Source: a virus. Taken from it: a DNA stretch of 64,000 bases. The notes beneath the pieces are model-generated. The model saw nothing but the letters and a program-made list of their open reading frames with translations. It did no database searches and was not told the DNA's origin. Positions 30,367 through 38,607 of the stretch are shown in pieces (the stretch's first letter is position 1; every line of letters begins with the position of its first letter). The position numbers and the translations under genes are program-made. The DNA lies in IMG/VR virus record IMGVR_UViG_3300050343_000185. One strand, written 5' to 3'.

Positions 30367-30733
30367 CAGTCTCCTCTTGAGTAAAGAATAATTGATCTTC
30401 TGTAATTCCAAAATTACCAAGTTCAGTAACAAAATTACTAAGAATATTATTATCTGGATAAGTAACAGCAATCAAATGCTCACCAGGAATTTTAAACTCT
30501 TGAACTGGTGTAAAAGGACACCAGCGAGTATATTGGATAGGCAAAGTTCCATCTTCGTTTTGATCTCCCAAGGACAAAACATAAGGATAAAGAAGTCTAT
30601 ACCCAAGTATTTTATCATCATCACCTTTAATCTCACCAAAGAGACAAAGAAGTGTTTCGTTAGTCGTTAGTTTTACAACACGAATATTATGATTCGTCTT
30701 CAGTATTGGTGCTTCCTGTGTCTGTTCCGTCAT
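30329..30733 (-). CDS. Hypothetical protein (Sm-like beta fold)
   Basis: VVKLTTNETLL...LLYPYVL...RWCPF. Confidence 0.65.
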   Translation of the reverse strand: MTEQTQEAPILKTNHNIRVVKLTTNETLLCLFGEIKGDDDKILGYRLLYPYVLSLGDQNEDGTLPIQYTRWCPFTPVQEFKIPGEHLIAVTYPDNNILSNFVTELGNFGITEDQLFFTQEETDGNNSEPNQVAE

Positions 30734-31058
30734 TTTGCTTTGCTCGTTTTTCTGTGATTTTATTTTCATATGCTTCTTGTAGTCCTGGTTCGGGATTGCT
30801 GATTGTCATGATGCAATCATAAGGCATCTTAAATTGCCAGTCTGAAGAATAAGGATTCCACTTACTAAATTTGATTTGGTATTCCATACCATACTCTTCA
30901 GTAAGGTATTGAGGATTACCACCTTCAAGATTCAATACATATGGTTCTTCCATAAGAAGACAGACTCCACGTTTGTCGTCTCCCTCCCCATCAAAGATTT
31001 CTTTCAGTTCAGCAATAACACGATCGCCAGTTTTCAAAGTTAGGATTGATACTGCCAT
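30687..31058 (-). CDS. Hypothetical protein (Sm-like beta fold)
   Basis: ILTLKTGDRVIAEL...MEEPYVL...KWNPY. Confidence 0.7.
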   Translation of the reverse strand: MAVSILTLKTGDRVIAELKEIFDGEGDDKRGVCLLMEEPYVLNLEGGNPQYLTEEYGMEYQIKFSKWNPYSSDWQFKMPYDCIMTISNPEPGLQEAYENKITEKRAKQNDGTDTGSTNTEDES

Positions 31059-31079
31059 AGTTATTATGAATTCTTTCTA

Positions 31080-31114
31080 AGTTTAGCATTAAAAAAAGGC
31101 ACCGTCAAGTGCCT
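31080..31114 (-). terminator. Terminator after hsp20 overlapping a sigma70 promoter
   Basis: AGGCAC-TTGAC-GGTGCC-T7. TTGACG-N17-TAAACT, with TGn before the -10. Confidence 0.7.
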
Positions 31115-31125
31115 TTCGTTTTTAT

Positions 31126-31530
31126 TTAGAACCAAGTCTTTCGTTTCTGTTTCTCTGGTAGGTTCTTAACCAGAATAACTGTGAGAAGACCGTCTTCAAA
31201 TTTTACTTCTTCCACTTCTACATCATCTGCCATTTGCCAGTTGCGAGCAAAGGTTCTGTATGAGATTCCTTTATGAGAATATTTACGTTCTTTGTCTGGT
31301 GGTGCTTTATTAGCAGATACTGTCAGAACATTTCGTTCTGTTGTAACTTCAATATCTCCTCCTGAAAATCCTGCAAGAGCGACTTCCAGCAAGGTTCTGC
31401 CATCATGTCCGTCCACCACATTGTATGGTGGGTAATTTGATCCACCTCCCGCAATAGATTCCAGTCTGCTGAATGTTTCATCAAATCCGATTGAGTAGGG
31501 AGTATAAGTTTCCCAGTTGATATTTACCAT
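31126..31530 (-). CDS. hsp20: Small heat shock protein (Hsp20/IbpA family)
   Basis: YPPYN, LEVALAGF, HKGISYRTF, FEDGLLTV. Confidence 0.93.
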   Translation of the reverse strand: MVNINWETYTPYSIGFDETFSRLESIAGGGSNYPPYNVVDGHDGRTLLEVALAGFSGGDIEVTTERNVLTVSANKAPPDKERKYSHKGISYRTFARNWQMADDVEVEEVKFEDGLLTVILVKNLPEKQKRKTWF

Positions 31531-31623
31531 GTCCTTTAATAAGCGACGTTAACTTTAAGACCCCGAAGGCATCTTGCGTAAAAGGGGGATGTTTCCACCC
31601 CAATCCTCTCACAGTATTATTTA
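31531..31623 (-). promoter_or_regulatory. Late promoter plus structured 5' UTR of hsp20 (ROSE-like)
   Basis: TAAATA at 31618-31623, then hairpins with GAAA and UUCG loops and GUCGCU-N6-AGGAC pairing over the SD. Confidence 0.6.
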
Positions 31624-31674
31624 ACAATAACCGTTTAAACTTTAATAACGGTTTTCCTTATTAAAGATTGCGGT

Positions 31675-32100
31675 TTACTCTACCGCAGTTTTTTTACGAC
31701 CGATATTATACTTTGACTCAAGTGTCCACTCACCTTTCTCTCTGAAAGACAGGACTTTAATTTGATTCAAAGGAGCAAGATCAGTAATTGTTTCAATGTT
31801 AACAACAGTAATCAATCCCCAATCACTAAGCAATTGAATGATACGATTACGACGTTGCACATCATTCAAAGACAGGTTAGTATTTTTACCATCAAGAGCA
31901 AACAACTCTTTGAAGTGAACAATATAATACTTACCTTGCTTATGTAAAATATGACAGGACTGATAGATCTTTTTTTCTTTACGGGATGCTACTCCAATAC
32001 GTGTTAGAGTCTCTCGCACTTTAAGAAAATCATCTGGTTCTCCAAGAACCACTTCCACCATATCAGTTTGTTTCCACTGGATTATAGTTTCATCATTCAT
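31675..32100 (-). CDS. regA: RegA translational repressor
   Basis: PDDFLKVRETLTRIG, CHILHKQGKYYIVHFKELF. Confidence 0.95.
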   Translation of the reverse strand: MNDETIIQWKQTDMVEVVLGEPDDFLKVRETLTRIGVASRKEKKIYQSCHILHKQGKYYIVHFKELFALDGKNTNLSLNDVQRRNRIIQLLSDWGLITVVNIETITDLAPLNQIKVLSFREKGEWTLESKYNIGRKKTAVE

Positions 32101-32480
32101 GTTCTTCCACCTTTATTCAATACCTTGGTAATATGATCTAACTGATCCTTGGTAAGAATCCTGAGAGCTTGGAGTGCTTTATCGTCATTATAACCATAAT
32201 ACTCTTTAACTACTTCAAGATAATCAATAGAATCTTTTCGTGCCCAAGGAGAGAAACGCTTCCTCGGTTTGACACTATTTAGTAAAAAGTCATATTGCAT
32301 CTTCTTGTCAAGATGAGAATTTTTATTCATCTCATTGACATATAGAATAGTATCAGTGAAAGAAGACAAGCACCTATTAACAATATAAGGAGGATACCCT
32401 CGCTCACCATCAACGTCATCATGTAAAATACTTTTCTTTGATTGATTAATTGAGTACAAGTAATCTTTCAGTTGATACAT
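32097..32480 (-). CDS. gp62: Clamp loader small subunit (gp62-like)
   Basis: YPPYIVNRCLS, KRFSPW, YYGYNDDKA. Confidence 0.9.
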   Translation of the reverse strand: MYQLKDYLYSINQSKKSILHDDVDGERGYPPYIVNRCLSSFTDTILYVNEMNKNSHLDKKMQYDFLLNSVKPRKRFSPWARKDSIDYLEVVKEYYGYNDDKALQALRILTKDQLDHITKVLNKGGRT

Positions 32481-32482
32481 TA

Positions 32483-33000
32483 TTAAATCCAGTCAGGTTT
32501 GCGGTGTGGTAATCGTAGGTAGTTATCAGATACCCATGGTTTGGAAGCGATGTACATTTTGTATGCTTCAATAGTAGTAATACTATCATCAAACTTAAAC
32601 TCATCGGGCATAGCACGAACAAAAGGAGTGTGATCATCCCAATGATACATCAGGGAATAATTTTGTCAGCAGCAAGAGAGTGCACTAAAACATGTATGGA
32701 CTTTATCATATCGAGCAGTATACTCTTCACATAAAGCAAACCCATGAGCAAGTAACCACCTAGTATTTGCTACAGTTTTGTTTGCCCACTTAGTGCAGGG
32801 ATGATTACGAAATGCTCCCTTTCTTCGTAGCATAGGGCATACCATCTGCTTTAGGAAGTGTGCCATAATTGTGTCCCCATTTTTTGAGAAGAGACTATAG
32901 AGAGCATCTGGCATGTCTCTAGGGGCATCTTAACGATGTGCTTGTCAGGTAAGACAGCAGCAGACCGCCATGGAGATTCATCTGTGACAAAGATATTCAT
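32483..33000 (-). CDS. Pyrimidine dimer DNA glycosylase / DenV-like protein; several indels
   Basis: MNIFV...DKHIVKMPLE..QML, NHPCTKW, EEYTARYDKVH, C-terminal RKPDW. At least three indels between 32650 and 32890. Confidence 0.7.
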
Positions 33001-33141
33001 TTAAATACAGCGGTTACACTAACAATTTTAGCAGTAGGGTTTCTAGCGAGTAGCAGTTTGTCTCGCTTCTTCATAATTACGAGCAATGACCTGCTCCTTG
33101 AACACGGTGCCTGCTACGTATAGAGTGACTTCACATTTCAT
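32997..33141 (-). CDS. Small conserved cyanophage protein; one indel
   Basis: MKCEVTLYVAGTVFKEQVIARNYEEARQT[A]LARNPTAKIVSVTAVFK after removing one base at about 33051. Confidence 0.55.
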
Positions 33142-33974
33142 AGTTTGCTAGGACGAGTTCCTTGCGAGACTGCTTGATCTGTATTATAACTCCCCACGCT
33201 CCTCATGGTGTAAGTGTGTGCAAATTCAGCAGCTGTCCACCCCTGCTTGAAGCGGTCTCGGATCAGTTGCGATGAGTTGTATGACACAAGTTGATGTGAG
33301 ATAAAGCGATCACAATCACTAGCAAACAAATCGTGATCGAATCCTTTATGCATGTTGCCTCGTTTACCATAAAGATTTGATCCGATCTCATAGGGAGGAT
33401 CAAGATAAACAAAGGTTGACTTGCTGTCGCTGAATAGTTCTTCGTAGGATAGATTAGTAATCTTCCACTTAGAAATCATTCTTGAATATTCAGGGAGTTT
33501 ATCAATGCCTCGCATCGAGAAGTTGCTAACTGACGCTTGCTTGGAGAATGAGCTGGACTCAGTGAGACCAGAGAAAGAGCACTTATTAACAATATAAAAA
33601 CACACAGCAGCAAATAAGTCGGATGTTGAATCATCGTTTAGTCTCTCCTTAGCGTCTAGAAATAAAGTTTTTGCGGATACTGGTTCTGGATGGGCGTTCT
33701 TAGAATCTCTCAACAGATCAGAAAGTTCTTCGCCTTGATCTTGAAGCACTCGCCAGAAATTGTAGAGTGGTCCATAAAGATCATTCACCCAGATATCTAG
33801 GTGTGGATATCGTTTACCAATTTCCAATGCCACAGAACCACCACCAACAAATGGTTCACGATACTCAGTGTAATCTTTCAGGTTAGGAATATACTGAAAG
33901 AGTTTACTCAGGGCACGACTCTTCCCGCCTGGATACCTGAGGGGTGTCTTCAATGACTTCAATGTCTGGGGCAT
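33131..33974 (-). CDS. dam: DNA adenine methyltransferase (D12 class, Dam-like); indel near the C-terminus
   Basis: RYPGGKS, EPFVGGGSV, VYLDPPY. Confidence 0.9.
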
Positions 33975-34161
33975 GGTATTTAAGGTATTCACGAAAGATC
34001 ATTTTCATTTCACGCTCTGTCATTCCACAATGAGCAGCAGCATGGGGTAGGTTCATTGTAGCATGAAACAATGCTTCATTTGCTTCCTGAACATTCTCGG
34101 GTGTAGTTTTGACTTTTGATGTACTCCCATTGTCTCTCTGGTTCTTTTTCAAGTCGCTCAT
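33904..34161 (-). CDS. Hypothetical protein
   Basis: NEALFHATMNLPHAAAHCGMTEREMK; exact start uncertain. Confidence 0.55.
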   Translation of the reverse strand: MSDLKKNQRDNGSTSKVKTTPENVQEANEALFHATMNLPHAAAHCGMTEREMKMIFREYLKYHAPDIEVIEDTPQVSRREESCPE

Positions 34162-34215
34162 ACATTTCCTCCATCATAATAATTTTAGGTTCTTTCTCAA
34201 TGAATTTGAGTAGTG

Positions 34216-35161
34216 TCATCGAAATTCACAACTCATCATGATCTCTGTTAGACATGCCAACAGGTTGATCTCTTGATCAGGAACAATAGTAATGTCTTTC
34301 ATATACTTCGCGATGATAAGAACAGCTTCAGGAATAGAAGCAGGTTTCAATACACCATACAAACTATCATAAACTCTTACGCATCACCATACTAGGATCG
34401 TTATCAAGATGCTGAACTACCCAGTTCTTTACATTAGTAAAGTCTTTCTTCTTCAGAGATGTAAGTAGAGTATCCAGATTAACATCTGCAACGTCAACCA
34501 AGATAGCAGAAGTAATACTCCCTGTGGCAGCATAACGCTGGCACTCGTTAATGAGACGACGCCAATCAGGATAATACCTCTTGACAAGTTTCGCGAGAAC
34601 TTTATCTTCATACTCAACATTCTCATTTGTTAGAATAGTTTTGAGACGAGTAAAGAATTCTCCCTGAAGTTGAGTAGACTGCTCAGGTTTGATTCTAAAA
34701 TCAACGACTGTACAACGTGAGTGTAACGGTTCAATAATTTTATTGATGAAGTTACAGGTAAAAATGAAACGGCAGTTGCCATGGAACTCCTCCACAGCAG
34801 TCCTTAGAGACAGTTGAACATCATTGGTGGTGTTGTCTGCCTCATCGATGATGACCACCTTGTGGGATGCTCCAGACGTGAGAGAGACAGTCGTAGCAAA
34901 CTGACGGACACGGTTCCTCACGGTGTCTAGGAAGCGTCCCTCATCAGATCCGTTGATCACGATGTAAGAGGCACCGATCTCCTCACACAGTGCCTTAGCA
35001 ACAGTGGTCTTGCCAACACCTGCTGTGCCGGTCAAGAGCAGGTTAGGTAGTTCGCCCTGGTTGACGAAACCCTGAAACACTTCTTTAGTGCTAGCAGGAA
35101 GGATACAATCTTCAACAATACTGGGGCGGTATTTCTCCACCCACAAAAATTCTTTGCTCAT
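34216..35161 (-). CDS. gp44: Clamp loader large subunit (gp44-like); +1 indel at about 34376
   Basis: LWVEKYRP, GTAGVGKT, IIDEAD, SRC. The C-terminus continues in another frame to DQEINLLACLTEIM. Confidence 0.92.
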
Positions 35162-35163
35162 AA

Positions 35164-35733
35164 TTAATTAGTGTAAACGGAATTCAAAAGAATACGACTC
35201 TTGTGTTTTGACGGAGAATGTCCTGTATGAACATAGTTCCCATCAAATACTAGCAGACGATTTGGCAAAGGGTCAATAGATTTCTTGATCTCATAATTTT
35301 TTGTGTAATCTATGTCATTGGCATTTACAACTTTCTTATCGTAAATTAAAGTATTGCCATCACTCTCATTCATATAAAGAATTGCCGAAACAAAACTATG
35401 ATGATTCATATCAATGTGATATGGGTGTCTATAATTTGATGGATTGTATGTAGTCAAATCATACCTGGCACGAACAATAGTTTTACATTTAACTTTTTCC
35501 TGAATAGAAAAAAGAGCAGGTAAAGTTATCCACGATTCTTTAGTTTCCCGAATACTATATTTTTGTATAGAATTAAAAATTGTGAAACTAAAACCATACG
35601 AATTATCATCTGAAAGTTCTTTCATCGCAGTAATGTTAGGAAAGAAATTCCAAGCAAAGTTAGGTGATGTAAGTAAATCTCTTAAAGAATCAAAGTATGG
35701 TTGTGGTAAAAAATTGTCATAGACTTTAATCAT
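35164..35733 (-). CDS. 2OG-Fe(II) oxygenase superfamily protein
   Basis: YHID...ILYMNESDGNT...NRLLVFDG..HTG...RILLN. Confidence 0.8.
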   Translation of the reverse strand: MIKVYDNFLPQPYFDSLRDLLTSPNFAWNFFPNITAMKELSDDNSYGFSFTIFNSIQKYSIRETKESWITLPALFSIQEKVKCKTIVRARYDLTTYNPSNYRHPYHIDMNHHSFVSAILYMNESDGNTLIYDKKVVNANDIDYTKNYEIKKSIDPLPNRLLVFDGNYVHTGHSPSKHKSRILLNSVYTN

Positions 35734-36322
35734 TATGTAATTGTAAATTAAAAGAAAAAGTCAATCTCATACTAGCACTGGTTTGTAAATCAACTGAGTG
35801 CTTTAAGTATGGTGGAAATAAAATTACATCACCATTTGATAAGTTTGGTTGTAAAGTGTCAGCAAAGTATTCTCTAAAGTCAGGTCCATTGTAAGGAAAT
35901 TGGTGAACCTTATTGTTTGAATCTGGTCTAAAGAATGTAGTTGGTGTAAACCCTTTGTTGTAATAGATTCCACACCAGTACGGAGTGACAGACATACAAC
36001 CAGTCAAATGTGTATGTTGTTCCTGTCCTTGGTTTTCATGGTATGAATTATACCAGAAATCAACAAAGTTAAACTTATCCGGTATGCCATGCATATAGAA
36101 AAGTTTTTTAATCTGTTCCTTTAAATCACTCATCATATTATCTCTAACATCTGGAGAGACAAGAGGATCGTTATCTTGTATAGCAGGAAACGTAGAGTTC
36201 AATGGAGTTGTCCATCCTCTAGGACGACTATCATTTTTTTCTAAATTAGAAAATTGATAGTCGCTATGTTTGTTAAACCTGAATGTAAAGATAGGAACAT
36301 AAAAAACTTTGTGTAACCTCAA
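35726..36322 (-). CDS. 2OG-Fe(II) oxygenase superfamily protein (TIGR02466-like)
   Basis: QEQHTH...GDVILFPPYLKHSV...RLTFSFN. Confidence 0.8.
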   Translation of the reverse strand: MRLHKVFYVPIFTFRFNKHSDYQFSNLEKNDSRPRGWTTPLNSTFPAIQDNDPLVSPDVRDNMMSDLKEQIKKLFYMHGIPDKFNFVDFWYNSYHENQGQEQHTHLTGCMSVTPYWCGIYYNKGFTPTTFFRPDSNNKVHQFPYNGPDFREYFADTLQPNLSNGDVILFPPYLKHSVDLQTSASMRLTFSFNLQLHND

Positions 36323-36990
36323 GGTTCCAATGCGATGTAGTAAGTCAGGTCAGTGTTTACGTTAGTCCACTCAGAAATGAGGTGTTGAGAGACTTTGACA
36401 GTGTAGTCACCAGGGAGAAGACGAATGTTTTCAATCTTAAGATCAAGAGTATAGGTGCCAGTAGTAGAACCTGCCACGGTGATATCGTAAGTATTACTGG
36501 TATCATTCTCTTTGTCCCTGAGGATAAGTTTAATCTCATCATGACCTTCGATTGATTGGAAGGTAAGATCAGGAAGACTGTAGACAGCAGATGCTTTCTG
36601 TAGAGCAATCAAATCTTCACCAGTCAGATTGAACTGAAGATCAGAACCAGGAAACTTTACATTTTTTTCTGGAGCAGACTTGAGCGTAATCTCTGGGTCA
36701 GAAAAGAAATAGCGAGCAGACTGACGACCGCCACGGATGCTGACAAAATTTTCGTTGTCAAACTCAAGCTGAGGGTCGCTAAACAAAGAGATCCCAGAAA
36801 GGAACTGACTAAGATCATAGATAGCGAAGTCAACAGGAAAGACTTCCTCACCAGTAAACTTTGCGAGGATGTTCTCTGCATTAGAGATAGTTCTAACCGT
36901 GGATCCTTTACGGAAGACAATCGAGGAATTGATAGTACTGAAGTTTTTAAGAACATCTAGGGTTTTTCTAGAAAGAATAACTTTACTCAT
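36319..36990 (-). CDS. gp45: Sliding clamp (gp45-like)
   Basis: LKNFSTINSSI, FAIYDLSQFL, YYIALE. Confidence 0.93.
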   Translation of the reverse strand: MSKVILSRKTLDVLKNFSTINSSIVFRKGSTVRTISNAENILAKFTGEEVFPVDFAIYDLSQFLSGISLFSDPQLEFDNENFVSIRGGRQSARYFFSDPEITLKSAPEKNVKFPGSDLQFNLTGEDLIALQKASAVYSLPDLTFQSIEGHDEIKLILRDKENDTSNTYDITVAGSTTGTYTLDLKIENIRLLPGDYTVKVSQHLISEWTNVNTDLTYYIALEP

Positions 36991-37274
36991 TGAGGATAGG
37001 TTTCGCGGTTGGAAGTTTTGTCAGAGAAGTGGAGCAGCAGCAATGCGTAGTGAAGGATCTTAATGATATCACGACGGGCAGTGCCTTTACGATCGTAGCG
37101 TGAAGCATACTTGAGGATGTTGCTACGGCAGAATGCCTCAGCGTCTCCACATGCTTCAATTAGATCTAACGTTTGAATGCTGTCGTTACCAGCAGAATAG
37201 TGTTGTCCATAAGTTCCAGAAATGTAATCACTCAACTCTTTCAACAGAGCATCTTCATTGTATTTTTTCGCCAT
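36987..37274 (-). CDS. DUF3310-like protein
   Basis: HYS...IQTLDLI...FCRSNILKYASRY.RKG...DIIKILHY. Confidence 0.7.
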   Translation of the reverse strand: MAKKYNEDALLKELSDYISGTYGQHYSAGNDSIQTLDLIEACGDAEAFCRSNILKYASRYDRKGTARRDIIKILHYALLLLHFSDKTSNRETYPQ

Positions 37275-37451
37275 TCAATTATCCCAAATTAAGCGTAGAC
37301 TACTATGGTAGCATTCTTCAACGTTGCCGTCAAGGTCTTTGACAAACAACTTCAAACCATCTCCACCCATAATTTTGACAGTCTTGCCAGTGTCAAGCAT
37401 GGCAAGACAATTCACGTATCCGTGAAATTTTTCAGAACGAAATATTGACAT
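37275..37451 (-). CDS. Hypothetical protein
   Basis: MSIFRSEKFHGYV...; short SH3-like ORF. Confidence 0.55.
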   Translation of the reverse strand: MSIFRSEKFHGYVNCLAMLDTGKTVKIMGGDGLKLFVKDLDGNVEECYHSSLRLIWDN

Positions 37452-38538
37452 TTTCCTCCTCCTCGGTTTGAACGTCAGCATCGATTTTATCATACAATTC
37501 AATGAAAGACTGCTTGGTCTCATCATCAAAACGATTTACACAGACCTTGATTGCCTTCATGCGATCACCCCAGATAGCATATGCTCGCATGATGTGGACC
37601 AGACGACGGGTAGAAATAACCTCATCGATACCACCATCAGCAAATGTCTTACGAATAATGTCAGCCCAGTTAGCAAGATTCTTACAGAAGTCTTCGTCAT
37701 GCTTACCTACAGATGCAGCAATACGAACAAGAATATTAGTTTCTACCGCAGGAGTAGGATACTCCTGCTCAAAGGTTAAAGCAAAACGCTCAAGAATGCT
37801 TCGTTGAGAACATTAGTGCCAATAAAACGACCATCATCAGAACCTTTACCTTTAGTGTTGGCAGTAGCAATGACATTGAAACCAGCAGCAGGTTTACATA
37901 ACGACCGGTCTTCTTCAAGAACACACCCTTACCTTCAAGGATGGACTGGAGACAAAGGATTTTATTAGAAGCAAGGTCAACTTCATCGAGTAGCAAGATT
38001 GCTCCACGTTCAAGTGCTTCAACGACAGGTCCGTTATGCCAAACAGTTGACCCATCGACAAGACGGAAACCACCAATAAGATCGTCTTCATCAGTTTCAA
38101 TAGTAATGTTTACACGAATAAGTTCACGTCCTAGAGCAGCACATGCTTGCTCCACAGAGAACGTTTTACCATTACCAGACAGACCAGTAATGAATGTAGG
38201 GTAGAAGATCTTAGACTTGAATGATTTTCTTTACGATCAGTGAAGTTACCGAACGGAACGAAGTTATCATCTTTATCGGGAACAAGGTTCTGTTCCTGGT
38301 TTTCAGAAACAGGAATACCAGCAGGTGCTTCGTAGGTTTGCTCTAGACGCTCTTGTACTGTCAAGTTCCAAGTGCCACGCTTGACATAGAAATCACGCAG
38401 ACGCTTGACCGCAGTAGGATAGGTGATACCAAAGTTATTACACGCAGCACGAACATGCTCGGCATTGATGTCATTGCCGTAGGTATCAGACAGATAAGAA
38501 GTAAGTTGTGTGGTGGTAAGGTCGGACTTGGCAGGCAT
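37432..38538 (-). CDS. cobS: CobS-like MoxR AAA+ ATPase; four indels
   Basis: Walker A GLSGNGKT, LLLDEVD, ATANTKGKG, NEAF[L]ERF, STRRL. Indels at about 38237, 38220, 37894 and 37797. Confidence 0.85.
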
Positions 38539-38542
38539 GGTG

Positions 38543-38566
38543 CGTTTCGTTGATGTAGTTATTATA
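38543..38566 (-). promoter_or_regulatory. -10 box plus CATCAACGAAACG leader motif (copy 1)
   Basis: TATAAT-N5-CATCAACGAAACG-N4-ATG. Confidence 0.65.
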
Positions 38567-38607
38567 GAACAGGGTGAGGTGGGATCAGAGGAGGAGTAGA
38601 CAGTACC

